NCBI GenBank assembly: GCA_021816765.1 | Contig: JAKAXB010000003.1 | Location: 100,074 to 164,073, forward strand | DNA: 64,000 nucleotides | Origin: Natronospirales bacterium | GTDB lineage: Bacteria; Pseudomonadota; Gammaproteobacteria; Natronospirales; REEB76 | Direction of reading: 5' to 3' | In this document: positions 38,055 through 47,749 of the stretch, piece by piece | Numbering within the stretch: position 1 is the stretch's first letter | Layout of the letters: each line of letters starts with the position of its first letter | Notes under the pieces: model-generated | The model's database searches: none | Seen by the model: the letters and a program-made list of their open reading frames with translations, nothing else | What the model was told of the DNA's origin: nothing | Program-made: the position numbers and the translations under genes

Positions 38055-40828
38055 TGCGTAACTGGGGCATACGCAACCGCGTGCTGTTGCTGGCGTTGCT
38101 ACCTGTCATCAGTCTGGGGTTGGTGCTGGGAGCCTACCTGATCCGGGTCCGCGTGCAGGATCTGCGTGCGTCGCAAATGGTTTTGGGCCACGCGCTTGCC
38201 AAACAACTGGCGCCGGCCAGCGAATACGGCGTGTTCTCCAATAATCCGCACATTCTGCGGGCGCTGGTAAAAGCCGCCATTCAAGAGCCCAATGTTGAAG
38301 CAGTGATTATCGCTGATCGGAACGGCCGTCCACTCGCCCAGGCTACCCGTCCCGTCATTCCCGCACACGGCATCATCAACGATGTAACCCGGCGCATCGG
38401 CTCGGAAACAGGTTTCAAGGGTTTGCTGGTTTTCTCGTATCCCATCATGCTGCAAAGTGTGCCCACAGGTGAATTTGGCGAACTGCTGAAGGAACAGAGC
38501 AAAAATTCGGCGGCCCCTGCCAGCATGCACTTGATTTTAGGCACAGTAACCGTAAAGCTTTCCGAGGAAAGCCTTGCGGAACGCCAGGCCCAGATTATTG
38601 TCAACAGCGGTATTATCCTGCTCGTCTGTCTCGCGCTCAGCATCCTGCTGGCTCTGGCCATCAGTGGCAGTGTGGCGGCGCCAATCGGGCGCGTTATCGC
38701 CATGGTCAAACGCTTCAGTACCGGCGAATACGATGCACGTGTGCCACAGCGCTCCGGAGGGGAGATCGGCCTGCTGGAACACGGTATCAACGACATGGCA
38801 GACAATGCCCAGCGCACGCAGCTTGAACTCCAGGAACAGGTCGAGCAGGCAACCGTTGAACTGCGCGAGACCCTGGAGGAAATGGAAATTAAGACCGTGG
38901 AACTGGACCTGTCGCGCAAACGGGCGTTGACAGCAAGCCGCGCCAAGTCGGAATTCCTGGCCAACATGAGCCATGAGATCCGCACCCCGATGAATGCGGT
39001 GCTGGGTTTCAGCGACCTGCTTGCAAAAACCAGTCTGGATCAAGGTCAGCGCAACTATCTTGCCACCATACGCCGGTCAGCGCATGTGCTGCTGGCGCTC
39101 CTGGATGACGTTTTGCATGCAGCCCGTCTCGAAACAGGTAGTCCGGATATCCAACTGCATTCTTTTCTGCTTCATGAACTGCTTGAGGAAATCGTACAGA
39201 TCACCGCCATAGAAGCCTATGCGAAAAATATTGAACTCGTGCTGCACAGCCAGGATAGCCACAGTTATCCCCTTCTGGGTGATCGCATCAAGCTGGGTCG
39301 TGCGCTCAGTAACCTCGTCATCAATGCCATAAAATTCACCGATACAGGCAGTGTGGTGCTTAGTTCCAGCAGCGAACCGCGTGGACACGGCAAGGTTCAG
39401 GTATATATCCATGTCGCGGATACCGGCATCGGCATACATGAGCAGGACCGGAACAAGTTATTCGCGCCATTCGCACAAATAGACAGCTCCAGCAGACGCA
39501 AACACGGCGGTACAGGACTCGGCCTGTACATCACCAAGAAACTTGTGGAGCAGATGGGTGGCATCCTGACATTGACAAGCACGCCCACTCACGGCAGCGA
39601 ATTCCATCTGTCTTTGCCATTTCAACTGGATCAGGAAACATCAACCCCGTCTGGGATCATCGCAAAACAGGCGGATGCACACAGATCATTGCTGGTATAT
39701 GAACCTCATCCACGGGCAGCCGTGGCTTTGCTTGACCGTCTGCACCGTCTGGGCTGGAAAACGCGTCAGGTGAACAGTCTGTCCCGCTTGCGGGAAGAAC
39801 TGCAGGCGGGAAACCTGCGGGACATCTGCGCCGCTGCGGTACTATCGCTCGGCTACGCCGAATTACAGGTCCCTGAAAATCTGGACAATCTATTTGCTGA
39901 TGTGACAGGGGATTTTCCGCGTCTGGCACTGGTAGGCTCGCTGAATGCGGAAGTGCAGGTGGACATCAGCGCGCGCATCGGCGGCCCCTGCTTGCCAAAA
40001 TCCATCAGTGAAATGGTTCTGGCGGAACAAATCGAGCAGCTGTTCAAAGGCACGCTCGGCACCGCTGCTGCTTCCGTCAGTACGGATATGGAAAGTCTAT
40101 GTGTGGTGGTTGCGGATGACAACCGTATTAACCGTTTACTCTCACGCATGTTGCTGGAAAAACACGGCGCAACCGTGCTGGAAGCGGAAACAGGGCAACA
40201 GCTCATGGGCTTGCTGCCTGCTGCTGCGGTTGATTTGATACTGCTGGATATGCACATGCCAGGCGAAGACGGCTGGCAGGTGGCAAAACGGCTCAAAAAC
40301 AGCCGCTCCCCGGCTGCTTCAATACCCGTCATTGCGCTGTCCGCCATGCGCAACGAAGGCAGTGCGGCTGCGCTGGTCGAGTACGGTCTGGTGGACTGGC
40401 TGGTGAAACCGCTGGATGAAGCCTTGCTCACGGAAGCGATAGTGAGGCATGCCCGCCGGCATGTGACCTCCGGGCCGGAGAACAGCCCGGCACAGGATGC
40501 CGGCATGGCACTGGACAGGGCAATCGCTGATCTGCGCCCTTCCATACGTCAGATGCTGATGGAGGACCTTCCGGAGCAATGGCAGGGCATCAAGAATACC
40601 TGGCAGGCACGCGATCTGCCGCAGCTTCAGCAACTCGTACACAAGCTGAATGGTTCCGCAGCGTTCTGCCGGCTGGACGTACTGCGCGCACTCTGCACAC
40701 GGGCGGAACATTCCCTGCGCGATGGCGACCATGCCGTTTTTGCCGGCTTGCTGCCGCAAGTGGCGGCGGAAGTGCAGCTCATTCTGGGGAAATTGGCCGC
40801 GGTCATGGAGCTGGCGCCGCGTTCCTGA
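38051..40828 (+). CDS. Unorthodox hybrid sensor histidine kinase (2 TM + periplasmic domain, HAMP, HisKA, HATPase, pseudo-receiver, receiver, Hpt)
   Basis: 925 aa. TM helices at ~11-31 and ~186-208. H-box SHEIRTPMN (H308). G-box GGTGLGLYITKKLV. An Asp-less receiver-like segment at 546-665. A true receiver VVVADDNRINR...DLILLDMHMPGEDG...VKPL (D733). Hpt QLVHKLNGSAAF (H864). Confidence 0.9.
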   Translation: MMRNWGIRNRVLLLALLPVISLGLVLGAYLIRVRVQDLRASQMVLGHALAKQLAPASEYGVFSNNPHILRALVKAAIQEPNVEAVIIADRNGRPLAQATRPVIPAHGIINDVTRRIGSETGFKGLLVFSYPIMLQSVPTGEFGELLKEQSKNSAAPASMHLILGTVTVKLSEESLAERQAQIIVNSGIILLVCLALSILLALAISGSVAAPIGRVIAMVKRFSTGEYDARVPQRSGGEIGLLEHGINDMADNAQRTQLELQEQVEQATVELRETLEEMEIKTVELDLSRKRALTASRAKSEFLANMSHEIRTPMNAVLGFSDLLAKTSLDQGQRNYLATIRRSAHVLLALLDDVLHAARLETGSPDIQLHSFLLHELLEEIVQITAIEAYAKNIELVLHSQDSHSYPLLGDRIKLGRALSNLVINAIKFTDTGSVVLSSSSEPRGHGKVQVYIHVADTGIGIHEQDRNKLFAPFAQIDSSSRRKHGGTGLGLYITKKLVEQMGGILTLTSTPTHGSEFHLSLPFQLDQETSTPSGIIAKQADAHRSLLVYEPHPRAAVALLDRLHRLGWKTRQVNSLSRLREELQAGNLRDICAAAVLSLGYAELQVPENLDNLFADVTGDFPRLALVGSLNAEVQVDISARIGGPCLPKSISEMVLAEQIEQLFKGTLGTAAASVSTDMESLCVVVADDNRINRLLSRMLLEKHGATVLEAETGQQLMGLLPAAAVDLILLDMHMPGEDGWQVAKRLKNSRSPAASIPVIALSAMRNEGSAAALVEYGLVDWLVKPLDEALLTEAIVRHARRHVTSGPENSPAQDAGMALDRAIADLRPSIRQMLMEDLPEQWQGIKNTWQARDLPQLQQLVHKLNGSAAFCRLDVLRALCTRAEHSLRDGDHAVFAGLLPQVAAEVQLILGKLAAVMELAPRS

Positions 40829-41198
40829 GAATCACGGCAAACGCCAGCACCATCCCCGCTTCATCACTCAGGCTTACGAATGCCTCACCCGCACCCAAGC
40901 GTTGGCATAGTGCGTGGCCCCGCGCCGAAAAAATGACGCAGGGCTTGCCTTTCGTATCCGGCACGATGCCGGTATCCCGTACCCACATACCGTGGTGGAA
41001 ACCGGTACCGAGGGCTTTGACAACCGCCTCCTTGGCGGCAAAGCGCATAGCGAGAAAGCGCACAGGATTTCCCGTACAGCGGAATCCGGCAAGTTCTTCG
41101 GGACAAAGAATACGCGCGGCGAAACGTTCACCGCGCCGTTCCCAGACGTGCCGGATGCGCGCCACTTCCACAAGATCGGTACCGATGCCGAAAATCAT
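40803..41198 (-). CDS. acpS: Holo-ACP synthase
   Basis: 131 aa; [15 protein letters not shown]..., [12 protein letters not shown]. The start overlaps the pdxJ stop (ATGA 41195-41198). The 3' end overlaps the kinase 3' end by 26 nt. Confidence 0.9.
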   Translation of the reverse strand: MIFGIGTDLVEVARIRHVWERRGERFAARILCPEELAGFRCTGNPVRFLAMRFAAKEAVVKALGTGFHHGMWVRDTGIVPDTKGKPCVIFSARGHALCQRLGAGEAFVSLSDEAGMVLAFAVILRNAAPAP

Positions 41199-41932
41199 GC
41201 GGGGCGGGCAGCCTGCATCAGACGTTTCATTTCCTCAACCGCCTTGGCCAAACCGGTCACCAGGGAGCGGGCAATAATGGCATGGCCGATATTGAGTTCA
41301 GTGATCCAGGGGATTGCCGCCACCGGCATGACGTTGTGGTAATTCAGACCATGACCGGCATGCACTTCCAATCCATGCCGGGTTGCGTATTGCGCCACCT
41401 CCTGCAAGCGATGTAATTCCTGCGCTTGCGTATGCCGGTCCGGCGCATCTGCATAACGCCCCGTATGCAATTCCACCACCGGCACGCGCAGGGAAACAGC
41501 GGCTGCAATCTGTTCCATCTCCGCATCAACAAACAACGCCACACGCACGCCCTCATCCGCAAGTTGCGAACAGACCGATGCGAGACGTTCTTGTTGTGTG
41601 TGCACATCCAGGCCGCCTTCCGTGGTAAGCTCCTGACGCCGTTCCGGCACCAAACAGCAATCCTCAGGCCGCAACTGACAGGCAAGCCTGAGCATTTCAT
41701 CGGTGGCTGCCATTTCCAGATTCATTTTTGTTTGCAGCACATCCCGGAGCAGGCGCACATCCCGCTCCTGTATATGGCGGCGATCCTCGCGCAGATGTAC
41801 GGTGATGCTGTCGGCACCGGAATTTTCCGCCAGTCGTGCCGCCTCCACGGGATCCGGATAGCGGGTACCGCGCGCCTGGCGTAGCGTGGCCACATGATCA
41901 ATGTTGACGCCAAGCTGAATGAGCTGAGCCAT
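41195..41932 (-). CDS. pdxJ: Pyridoxine 5'-phosphate synthase
   Basis: Track ORF trimmed to the ATG at 41932 ([22 protein letters not shown], canonical PdxJ N-terminus). Confidence 0.95.
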   Translation of the reverse strand: MAQLIQLGVNIDHVATLRQARGTRYPDPVEAARLAENSGADSITVHLREDRRHIQERDVRLLRDVLQTKMNLEMAATDEMLRLACQLRPEDCCLVPERRQELTTEGGLDVHTQQERLASVCSQLADEGVRVALFVDAEMEQIAAAVSLRVPVVELHTGRYADAPDRHTQAQELHRLQEVAQYATRHGLEVHAGHGLNYHNVMPVAAIPWITELNIGHAIIARSLVTGLAKAVEEMKRLMQAARPA

Positions 41933-41975
41933 GTCGGATGCACCTCCCGGGCGGCAGATCACCGTTATTATTCCC

Positions 41976-42698
41976 TCAAACCCCCATCTTCCCAAACTCG
42001 CGCATGACCGCCCGGGTCTTCAGCGGTCGCCCTTCCAGATGCCGGTCAAGCACTGCCCGCAACAGGCGGCGCGCCGTCAGCACCTGCTCACGCTGCCGCA
42101 GATCTTCCCCGGCAAGCGCCAGTAACATATCGCCTGTGACATACAGACCGTGCGCGGACACCTCCCGGACACGCACCGGCCCCCGTTCCAGTTCGTAGCG
42201 GTACAGGGCTCCGGACTCCACGGGCTGACCGGTTACCGCCTCCCGTTCCAGAATCAAGCCATAACCTGCGGCAGCGAGCAGGCGTTTCTCAAACACGCGC
42301 AACGCTACGCTGGTTTCCTGCATCAGCCGGCCCAGCCCATCCGCATAGTGGCCAAACAGTCCTGGATGAGGATCCTGACGCGATAAAAACCGCAGCAGCA
42401 GTTCATTCATATAAAATCCGCCCAGCAACGCCTGCCCGCCCAGCACGCAGGGCGCGCCGGCCGCCTCAACACCGGTAAGCGTGCCCAATTCACCGCCTCC
42501 CACCCAGGAAAGCAGCAACGGCTGGAACGGCCGCAGCATTGCGCGCCAGGGTGAGCTGGCACGACGGGCTCCCCGCGCCACCAGCCCCAAGCGGCCATAT
42601 TCCCGGCTGAAAATCTCCACAACCCGGCTGGATTCACGCCAGTCATGCTGATGCAGCACATAGGCCGGTGCCAGCGTTATACGCTCGGTGGCTCTCAT
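41976..42698 (-). CDS. recO: DNA repair protein RecO
   Basis: 240 aa with N-terminal OB fold ([35 protein letters not shown]). The start overlaps the era stop (ATGA). Confidence 0.9.
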   Translation of the reverse strand: MRATERITLAPAYVLHQHDWRESSRVVEIFSREYGRLGLVARGARRASSPWRAMLRPFQPLLLSWVGGGELGTLTGVEAAGAPCVLGGQALLGGFYMNELLLRFLSRQDPHPGLFGHYADGLGRLMQETSVALRVFEKRLLAAAGYGLILEREAVTGQPVESGALYRYELERGPVRVREVSAHGLYVTGDMLLALAGEDLRQREQVLTARRLLRAVLDRHLEGRPLKTRAVMREFGKMGV

Positions 42699-43594
42699 GG
42701 TGTGGTCAGGCCGAAAGCCCTCAGGGCACGCTCGTCATCAGCCCAGTTGTCGCGTACCTTCACCCACAGGCGCAGAAAAACCTTGTGGCGGGTTTCGTGC
42801 TCCAATTCCAGACGTGCCGCCCGGCCGATTTCCCTGAGCACTTGCCCTTTGTGCCCGATGACGATGGCTTTCTGCCCATCCCGCTCAACCCATATGGTAG
42901 TGCCAATGTGCAATACCTCATTCTCCAGCCTGTATTCTTCCACACCCACGGCAGTGGAATATGGCACTTCCTTCTCCAGCGCCTGCATGAGTTTCTCGCG
43001 CACGCATTCCGCAGCGCGCATCGCACCATCCTGATCCGTCAATTGTTCCGGCGGAAACAGCATGGGTGATTCCGGCAAAAGATTCATAAGCAGGGCTTCA
43101 AGCTGGACAAGATTCTCCCGCTTCTCGGCGGAAATGGGGATGATGAATCTGAAACCCGCCTGGGCCTGAACTTCGTCCAGATAAGGCAGCAGCACAGTGC
43201 GTGCCTTCAGCTTGTCAATTTTATTGACTGCCAGCGCCAGCGGGCGCTGCTGTGCCACGCAGCGCGAAAGGGCATGGCTGTCCTCCTCGGTCCAGCGGGT
43301 TGCCTCCGCCACCAGCAGGATCACATCCGCCTCCGCAAGCGCATGGTTGGCCGTACGGTTCATGCAACGATTCACGGCGCGCCCGGCGTCCTGGTGCAGA
43401 CCGGGTGTATCCGCAAATACGAACTGTGCACGTTCGGTGGTATGTATCCCCAGAATTCGACGCCGTGTGGTTTGGGGTTTCGAGGTGACAATGCTGATCT
43501 TGGAGCCAACCAGTGCATTGACCAGCGTGGATTTACCCACATTCGGCCGGCCCGCCACCGCAATAAAGCCGCAGTAAAATGCGGATTCAGTCAT
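42695..43594 (-). CDS. era: GTPase Era
   Basis: Track ORF trimmed to the ATG at 43594 ([24 protein letters not shown]), overlapping rnc by 8 nt (ATGACTGA). Has G motifs plus a KH domain. Confidence 0.95.
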   Translation of the reverse strand: MTESAFYCGFIAVAGRPNVGKSTLVNALVGSKISIVTSKPQTTRRRILGIHTTERAQFVFADTPGLHQDAGRAVNRCMNRTANHALAEADVILLVAEATRWTEEDSHALSRCVAQQRPLALAVNKIDKLKARTVLLPYLDEVQAQAGFRFIIPISAEKRENLVQLEALLMNLLPESPMLFPPEQLTDQDGAMRAAECVREKLMQALEKEVPYSTAVGVEEYRLENEVLHIGTTIWVERDGQKAIVIGHKGQVLREIGRAARLELEHETRHKVFLRLWVKVRDNWADDERALRAFGLTTP

Positions 43595-44264
43595 TGGCAA
43601 GCATCTCCAGCACGTTCTTTGCAGCTTCCTGCTCGGCACTGCGGCGGCTGCCAGCCACGCCCCGCGCATGCACCTGCAAAGCCTCAACCAGGCAGCTCAC
43701 GTGAAAAATCTGCCGGTGAGCCTCCCCCGTCAGCGATTCCACCGTATAAACAGGTAACGGCAGACCGCGTGCCTGCAAAGCTTCCTGCAATTGTGTTTTG
43801 GGATCCTTGAGCATCCCGGACGAGACCGTGGCAATGAGCTGCCGCTCAAAAAGATGCAGGATGGTGGCTCGCACCGATTCAAAACCGTTATCGAGGTACA
43901 CGGCGCCGCACACCGCTTCCAATGCATCCGCAAGAATGGAACTGCGACGATGCCCGCCGCTCTTGAGCTCACCGGGTCCAAGCCGCAGGCATTCGCCAAG
44001 ATTGAGGTGCTGCGCCACAGCCGCCAGAGCTTCCTGATTGACCAGACTGGCCCGCAGTCTGGTCAACGCGCCCTCCTCAAATTGTGGATATTTTGCGAAC
44101 AACTCCGCCGATATCACCGCATTCAGCAACGCATCGCCGAGAAATTCCAGACGCTCGTTATTGTTGCTGTCGGCACTGCGATGGGTCAAGGCCAGCCATA
44201 ACAGTTGTGTGTTACGGAAGCGGTAATCAAGTGCCGTCTGCAACCGATACAGGAGATCACTCAA
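43587..44264 (-). CDS. rnc: Ribonuclease III
   Basis: 225 aa. The TTG start at 44264 overlaps the upstream stop (TTGA). Signature [12 protein letters not shown] and a C-terminal dsRBD. Confidence 0.95.
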   Translation of the reverse strand: MSDLLYRLQTALDYRFRNTQLLWLALTHRSADSNNNERLEFLGDALLNAVISAELFAKYPQFEEGALTRLRASLVNQEALAAVAQHLNLGECLRLGPGELKSGGHRRSSILADALEAVCGAVYLDNGFESVRATILHLFERQLIATVSSGMLKDPKTQLQEALQARGLPLPVYTVESLTGEAHRQIFHVSCLVEALQVHARGVAGSRRSAEQEAAKNVLEMLAND

Positions 44265-44656
44265 TGAGGTGTTGCCTGGTAGGTCTTGTGAAAGTGCACC
44301 AGAAGATCAACATTGCCTATGAAACTGACGCGTTCATCATAATTCAGTGTCAATGTGATCGTGTTGTTAGCCTGGGGAGCGCTGATGGTTACATTCTTTT
44401 CCGGCGTCACGTCGTTGACACCGTTGATGGTAAATAGATTATCAATGCTGAGACGGATCTGCTCCGGTGTCTCGCCAACCTGAATACGGTGCGCAGCGGT
44501 ATTCATGGAAGCATTGATTGAGTAGTATTCCATGTAAATCGGGAAAAGCCGGAAACCGAACATGGCTACAAACCCTACCAGCAAGATGAGGATGATCCAG
44601 CTGATCAGTGTCAATCCGGCCTGATGGTTGTTGTTTTTCATGATGTCCCTCCGCAA
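44261..44656 (-). CDS. DUF4845 family membrane-anchored protein
   Basis: 131 aa with an N-terminal TM (GLTLISWIILILLVGFVAMFGF). It holds the conserved position between lepB and rnc seen in Pseudomonas-type genomes, by recall. Confidence 0.7.
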   Translation of the reverse strand: MRRDIMKNNNHQAGLTLISWIILILLVGFVAMFGFRLFPIYMEYYSINASMNTAAHRIQVGETPEQIRLSIDNLFTINGVNDVTPEKNVTISAPQANNTITLTLNYDERVSFIGNVDLLVHFHKTYQATPH

Positions 44657-44690
44657 ACGGACAGTTAGGATAGTATGGCAGTTACAGAAT

Positions 44691-45494
44691 TCAGTGGATC
44701 ACATCACCCGCACGATGCCAGAGCGCGGCATTGCTGAAGGCATCCCAGTTCATCCAGATAAAAAACGCCCTGCCCACGAGATCCTTCTCCGGGACAAATC
44801 CCCAGTAACGGCTGTCGAAGCTGTTATCGCGGTTGTCACCCATGACGAAATATTCTCCCGCAGGAACAGTCCATGCGCCCTCGCGGCTCTCGATCCCGGG
44901 AATGGTAATAATATCGTGAGTCACCTTTCCAAGCTGCTCCTGCCGCAGAACCGCTCCCAACTGATCCAGTCCGTCATAGGGACCGAGAATCTTGTCGGGA
45001 ACCTGCACGCCATTGATATACAGGGTTTTATTCCGGTAAACAATACGGTCGCCGGGCAGGCCGATGACCCGCTTGATGTAGTCCACGTTCGGGTCGGGCG
45101 GAAAACGGAACACCATCACATCCCCACGATGCGGTTCACCGATGCCGAGAATCTTGGTATGAAGCACCGGTAGCCGCAGGCCGTAGTCAAACTTGTTCAC
45201 CAAGATGAAATCCCCCACCAGCAGGGTCGGCACCATGGATGAGGATGGAATATGAAAGGGTTCCACCACGAAGGAACGTAGCAGCAGTACGACAAGCAGC
45301 ACGGGGAAAAACGATTTCGAATACTCCACGACTATGGGTTCGCGTCGCTTGCTCTCCGGCTTGCCGGCGCCTGTTGCATCCGCGGCGGATGACCGCAGGC
45401 GACGCTTCCCGGCAAAAAACACTGCATCTGCCAGCCAGACAAGGCCCGCCACCAGGGTGGCCAGGGTCAACAGGGTTTCGAAATCAAAATTCAT
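44691..45494 (-). CDS. lepB: Signal peptidase I
   Basis: 267 aa with catalytic Ser box IPSSSMVPTL, Lys box YIKRVIGLPGD, and GDNRDNSFDSRYWGFV. Confidence 0.95.
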   Translation of the reverse strand: MNFDFETLLTLATLVAGLVWLADAVFFAGKRRLRSSAADATGAGKPESKRREPIVVEYSKSFFPVLLVVLLLRSFVVEPFHIPSSSMVPTLLVGDFILVNKFDYGLRLPVLHTKILGIGEPHRGDVMVFRFPPDPNVDYIKRVIGLPGDRIVYRNKTLYINGVQVPDKILGPYDGLDQLGAVLRQEQLGKVTHDIITIPGIESREGAWTVPAGEYFVMGDNRDNSFDSRYWGFVPEKDLVGRAFFIWMNWDAFSNAALWHRAGDVIH

Positions 45495-45533
45495 ATTGGT
45501 TATCTCTATCGTCTGCGTGTGATTTGTGGGCTG

Positions 45534-47330
45534 TCACTGCTTTTTCCCCACCTGCAATACAGCAAGAAAAGCTTCCTGTGGGATTTCCACGCTGCCGATT
45601 CGCTTCATGCGTTTCTTGCCTGCTTTCTGTTTTTCAAGCAGCTTGCGCTTGCGGGTGATGTCGCCACCATAGCATTTCGCCGTCACGTTCTTGCGCAGCG
45701 CTTTCACAGTGGTTCGGGCTATAACATGAGCGCCAATGGCAGCCTGTACCGCCACTTCGAACATCTGCCGCGGAATCAGTTCCTGCATTTTCTCGCATAA
45801 TTCCCGCCCGCGAGCATAGGCATGGTCCTTGTGAAGGATGGTCGAGAGCGCATCCACACGCTCGCCATTGATGAGCAAATCCAGCTTTACCAGCGGCGCC
45901 GTCTGGAACCGCAGGAAACTGTAATCAAAGGAAGCATAGCCGCGACTCACGGATTTCAACCTGTCGAAAAAATCCATCACCACCTCGTTCAGCGGCAACT
46001 CGTAGGTCAGAATCACCTGCGAGCCATGATAAAGCATCTTCTTCTGGACGCCCCGCTTTTCCACGCACAGGCTGATGACGGAACCCAGGTACTGTTGCGG
46101 CACCAGGATATTGGCGACGATAACAGGTTCGCGAATTTCCTCAGTTCTGTCCACCGGCGGCAACTTGGCGGGATTGTCCACATAAAGTGTTTCCCCCGCC
46201 GTGGTGACTACCTCATAGATAACCGTGGGAGCGGTGGTGATCAGCTCCAGATTGTATTCCCTCTCGAGGCGCTCCTGCACGATGTCCATATGCAGCAAAC
46301 CGAGGAAGCCGCAACGGAAACCGAAACCGAGCGCCGTGGAGGTTTCCGGCTCGAAATGCAGGGCGGAATCATTGAGACGCAATTTTTTCAATGCTTCACG
46401 GAAATCTTCATAATCATCCGAACGCATGGGAAACAGCCCGGCAAATACCCGCGGCTGCACCTGTTTGAATCCCGGCAGCGGTGCGCTGCAGGGTTTATCC
46501 GCATGCGTCAGCGTATCGCCCACAGGCGCACCGTCAATCTCCTTGATACCGGCAATGACATAACCCACCTCACCGGTGGCAAGCTCATCCTTGTCGTGCA
46601 TCTTGGGTGTAAAAATGCCTACACGATCCACCTCATGAGTGCGACCCGTGGACATAACCAGAATTTTCTGGCGTCGCATGAGGGCGCCGTTCATAACGCG
46701 CACCAGTGACACTACACCCACGAAATTATCGAACCAGGAATCAATAATGAGCGCCTGCAGCGGACCTTGCTGCTCGCCCCTGGGCGGCGGAATGCGCCGC
46801 ACGAGTTCTTCCAGCAGATCATGCACACCTTCACCGGTCTTGGCGCTTACGCGCACGGCGTTCTGTGCTTCGATGCCGATGATTTCCTCAATCTCGTGCC
46901 CCACTTTCTCCGGTTCCGCGTTGGGCAGATCAATCTTGTTGATGACAGGTACCACTTCGAGCCCCTGGTCGAGGGCGGTATAACAGTTGGCGACACTCTG
47001 GGCTTCCACCCCCTGGGAGGCGTCCACCACCAGCAGCGCCCCTTCGCAGGCGGCCAGCGAGCGGGACACCTCATAGGAAAAATCCACATGTCCCGGGGTG
47101 TCAATGAAGTTGAGCTGGTAGATCTGACCATCCCGGGCTGCGTATTGCAGGGATACGCTCTGGGCCTTGATGGTGATGCCGCGCTCGCGCTCAATGGGAT
47201 TGGAATCGAGCACCTGCTCTTCCATCTCGCGCTCTGCCAAGCCGCCGCAGATCTGGATGAAGCGGTCCGCGAGGGTGGATTTGCCGTGATCAATATGGGC
47301 AATGATGGAAAAGTTGCGCAGGTTCAGCAT
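45534..47330 (-). CDS. lepA: Elongation factor 4 (LepA)
   Basis: Track ORF 45534..47336 starts at a GTG. The ATG at 47330 gives [20 protein letters not shown], co-linear with E. coli [20 protein letters not shown]. Confidence 0.95.
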   Translation of the reverse strand: MLNLRNFSIIAHIDHGKSTLADRFIQICGGLAEREMEEQVLDSNPIERERGITIKAQSVSLQYAARDGQIYQLNFIDTPGHVDFSYEVSRSLAACEGALLVVDASQGVEAQSVANCYTALDQGLEVVPVINKIDLPNAEPEKVGHEIEEIIGIEAQNAVRVSAKTGEGVHDLLEELVRRIPPPRGEQQGPLQALIIDSWFDNFVGVVSLVRVMNGALMRRQKILVMSTGRTHEVDRVGIFTPKMHDKDELATGEVGYVIAGIKEIDGAPVGDTLTHADKPCSAPLPGFKQVQPRVFAGLFPMRSDDYEDFREALKKLRLNDSALHFEPETSTALGFGFRCGFLGLLHMDIVQERLEREYNLELITTAPTVIYEVVTTAGETLYVDNPAKLPPVDRTEEIREPVIVANILVPQQYLGSVISLCVEKRGVQKKMLYHGSQVILTYELPLNEVVMDFFDRLKSVSRGYASFDYSFLRFQTAPLVKLDLLINGERVDALSTILHKDHAYARGRELCEKMQELIPRQMFEVAVQAAIGAHVIARTTVKALRKNVTAKCYGGDITRKRKLLEKQKAGKKRMKRIGSVEIPQEAFLAVLQVGKKQ

Positions 47331-47509
47331 GTCCACGGCGGGGTAACGGGCGCTCTCGGGTCTAGAATTAGGTTAAATTATATTATAATTCAATAGATTA
47401 CTGACTATTTCTCATAAATATTCTCATGGAATGGTTCCCTTTACTCTACAAAGCGGCAATACCCGCAGAACGGCAAAAGTGCTGCATTATACCGGCTCAG
47501 GCCTGCGCT

Positions 47510-47749
47510 TCAGCCGGCAGCGAGGTAGGCCTCCAGAGCCGACGGGTCGAGCCTCCCCATGCACACGATGACCTCTCCCGCCGCGAGCACAGGCAACCGC
47601 AGGCCGTAGCGAGCCTTAAGCGCCGCATCAGAATCCACGTCCACCAGACGCACATCCAAAGTATCGCCGTACAGGGCATGGACCTCCGCGAGCATCTGTT
47701 CGCAGAGATGGCAGCCATTGCGGGAATAGAGGGTCAGCGGGCGGCTCAT
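47510..47749 (-). CDS. Glutaredoxin-like small thioredoxin-fold protein (DUF836-like)
   Basis: 79 aa; LYSRNGCHLCEQM (CxxC) plus a later PVL motif. The start overlaps the degP stop (ATGA 47746-47749). No signal peptide. Confidence 0.7.
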   Translation of the reverse strand: MSRPLTLYSRNGCHLCEQMLAEVHALYGDTLDVRLVDVDSDAALKARYGLRLPVLAAGEVIVCMGRLDPSALEAYLAAG

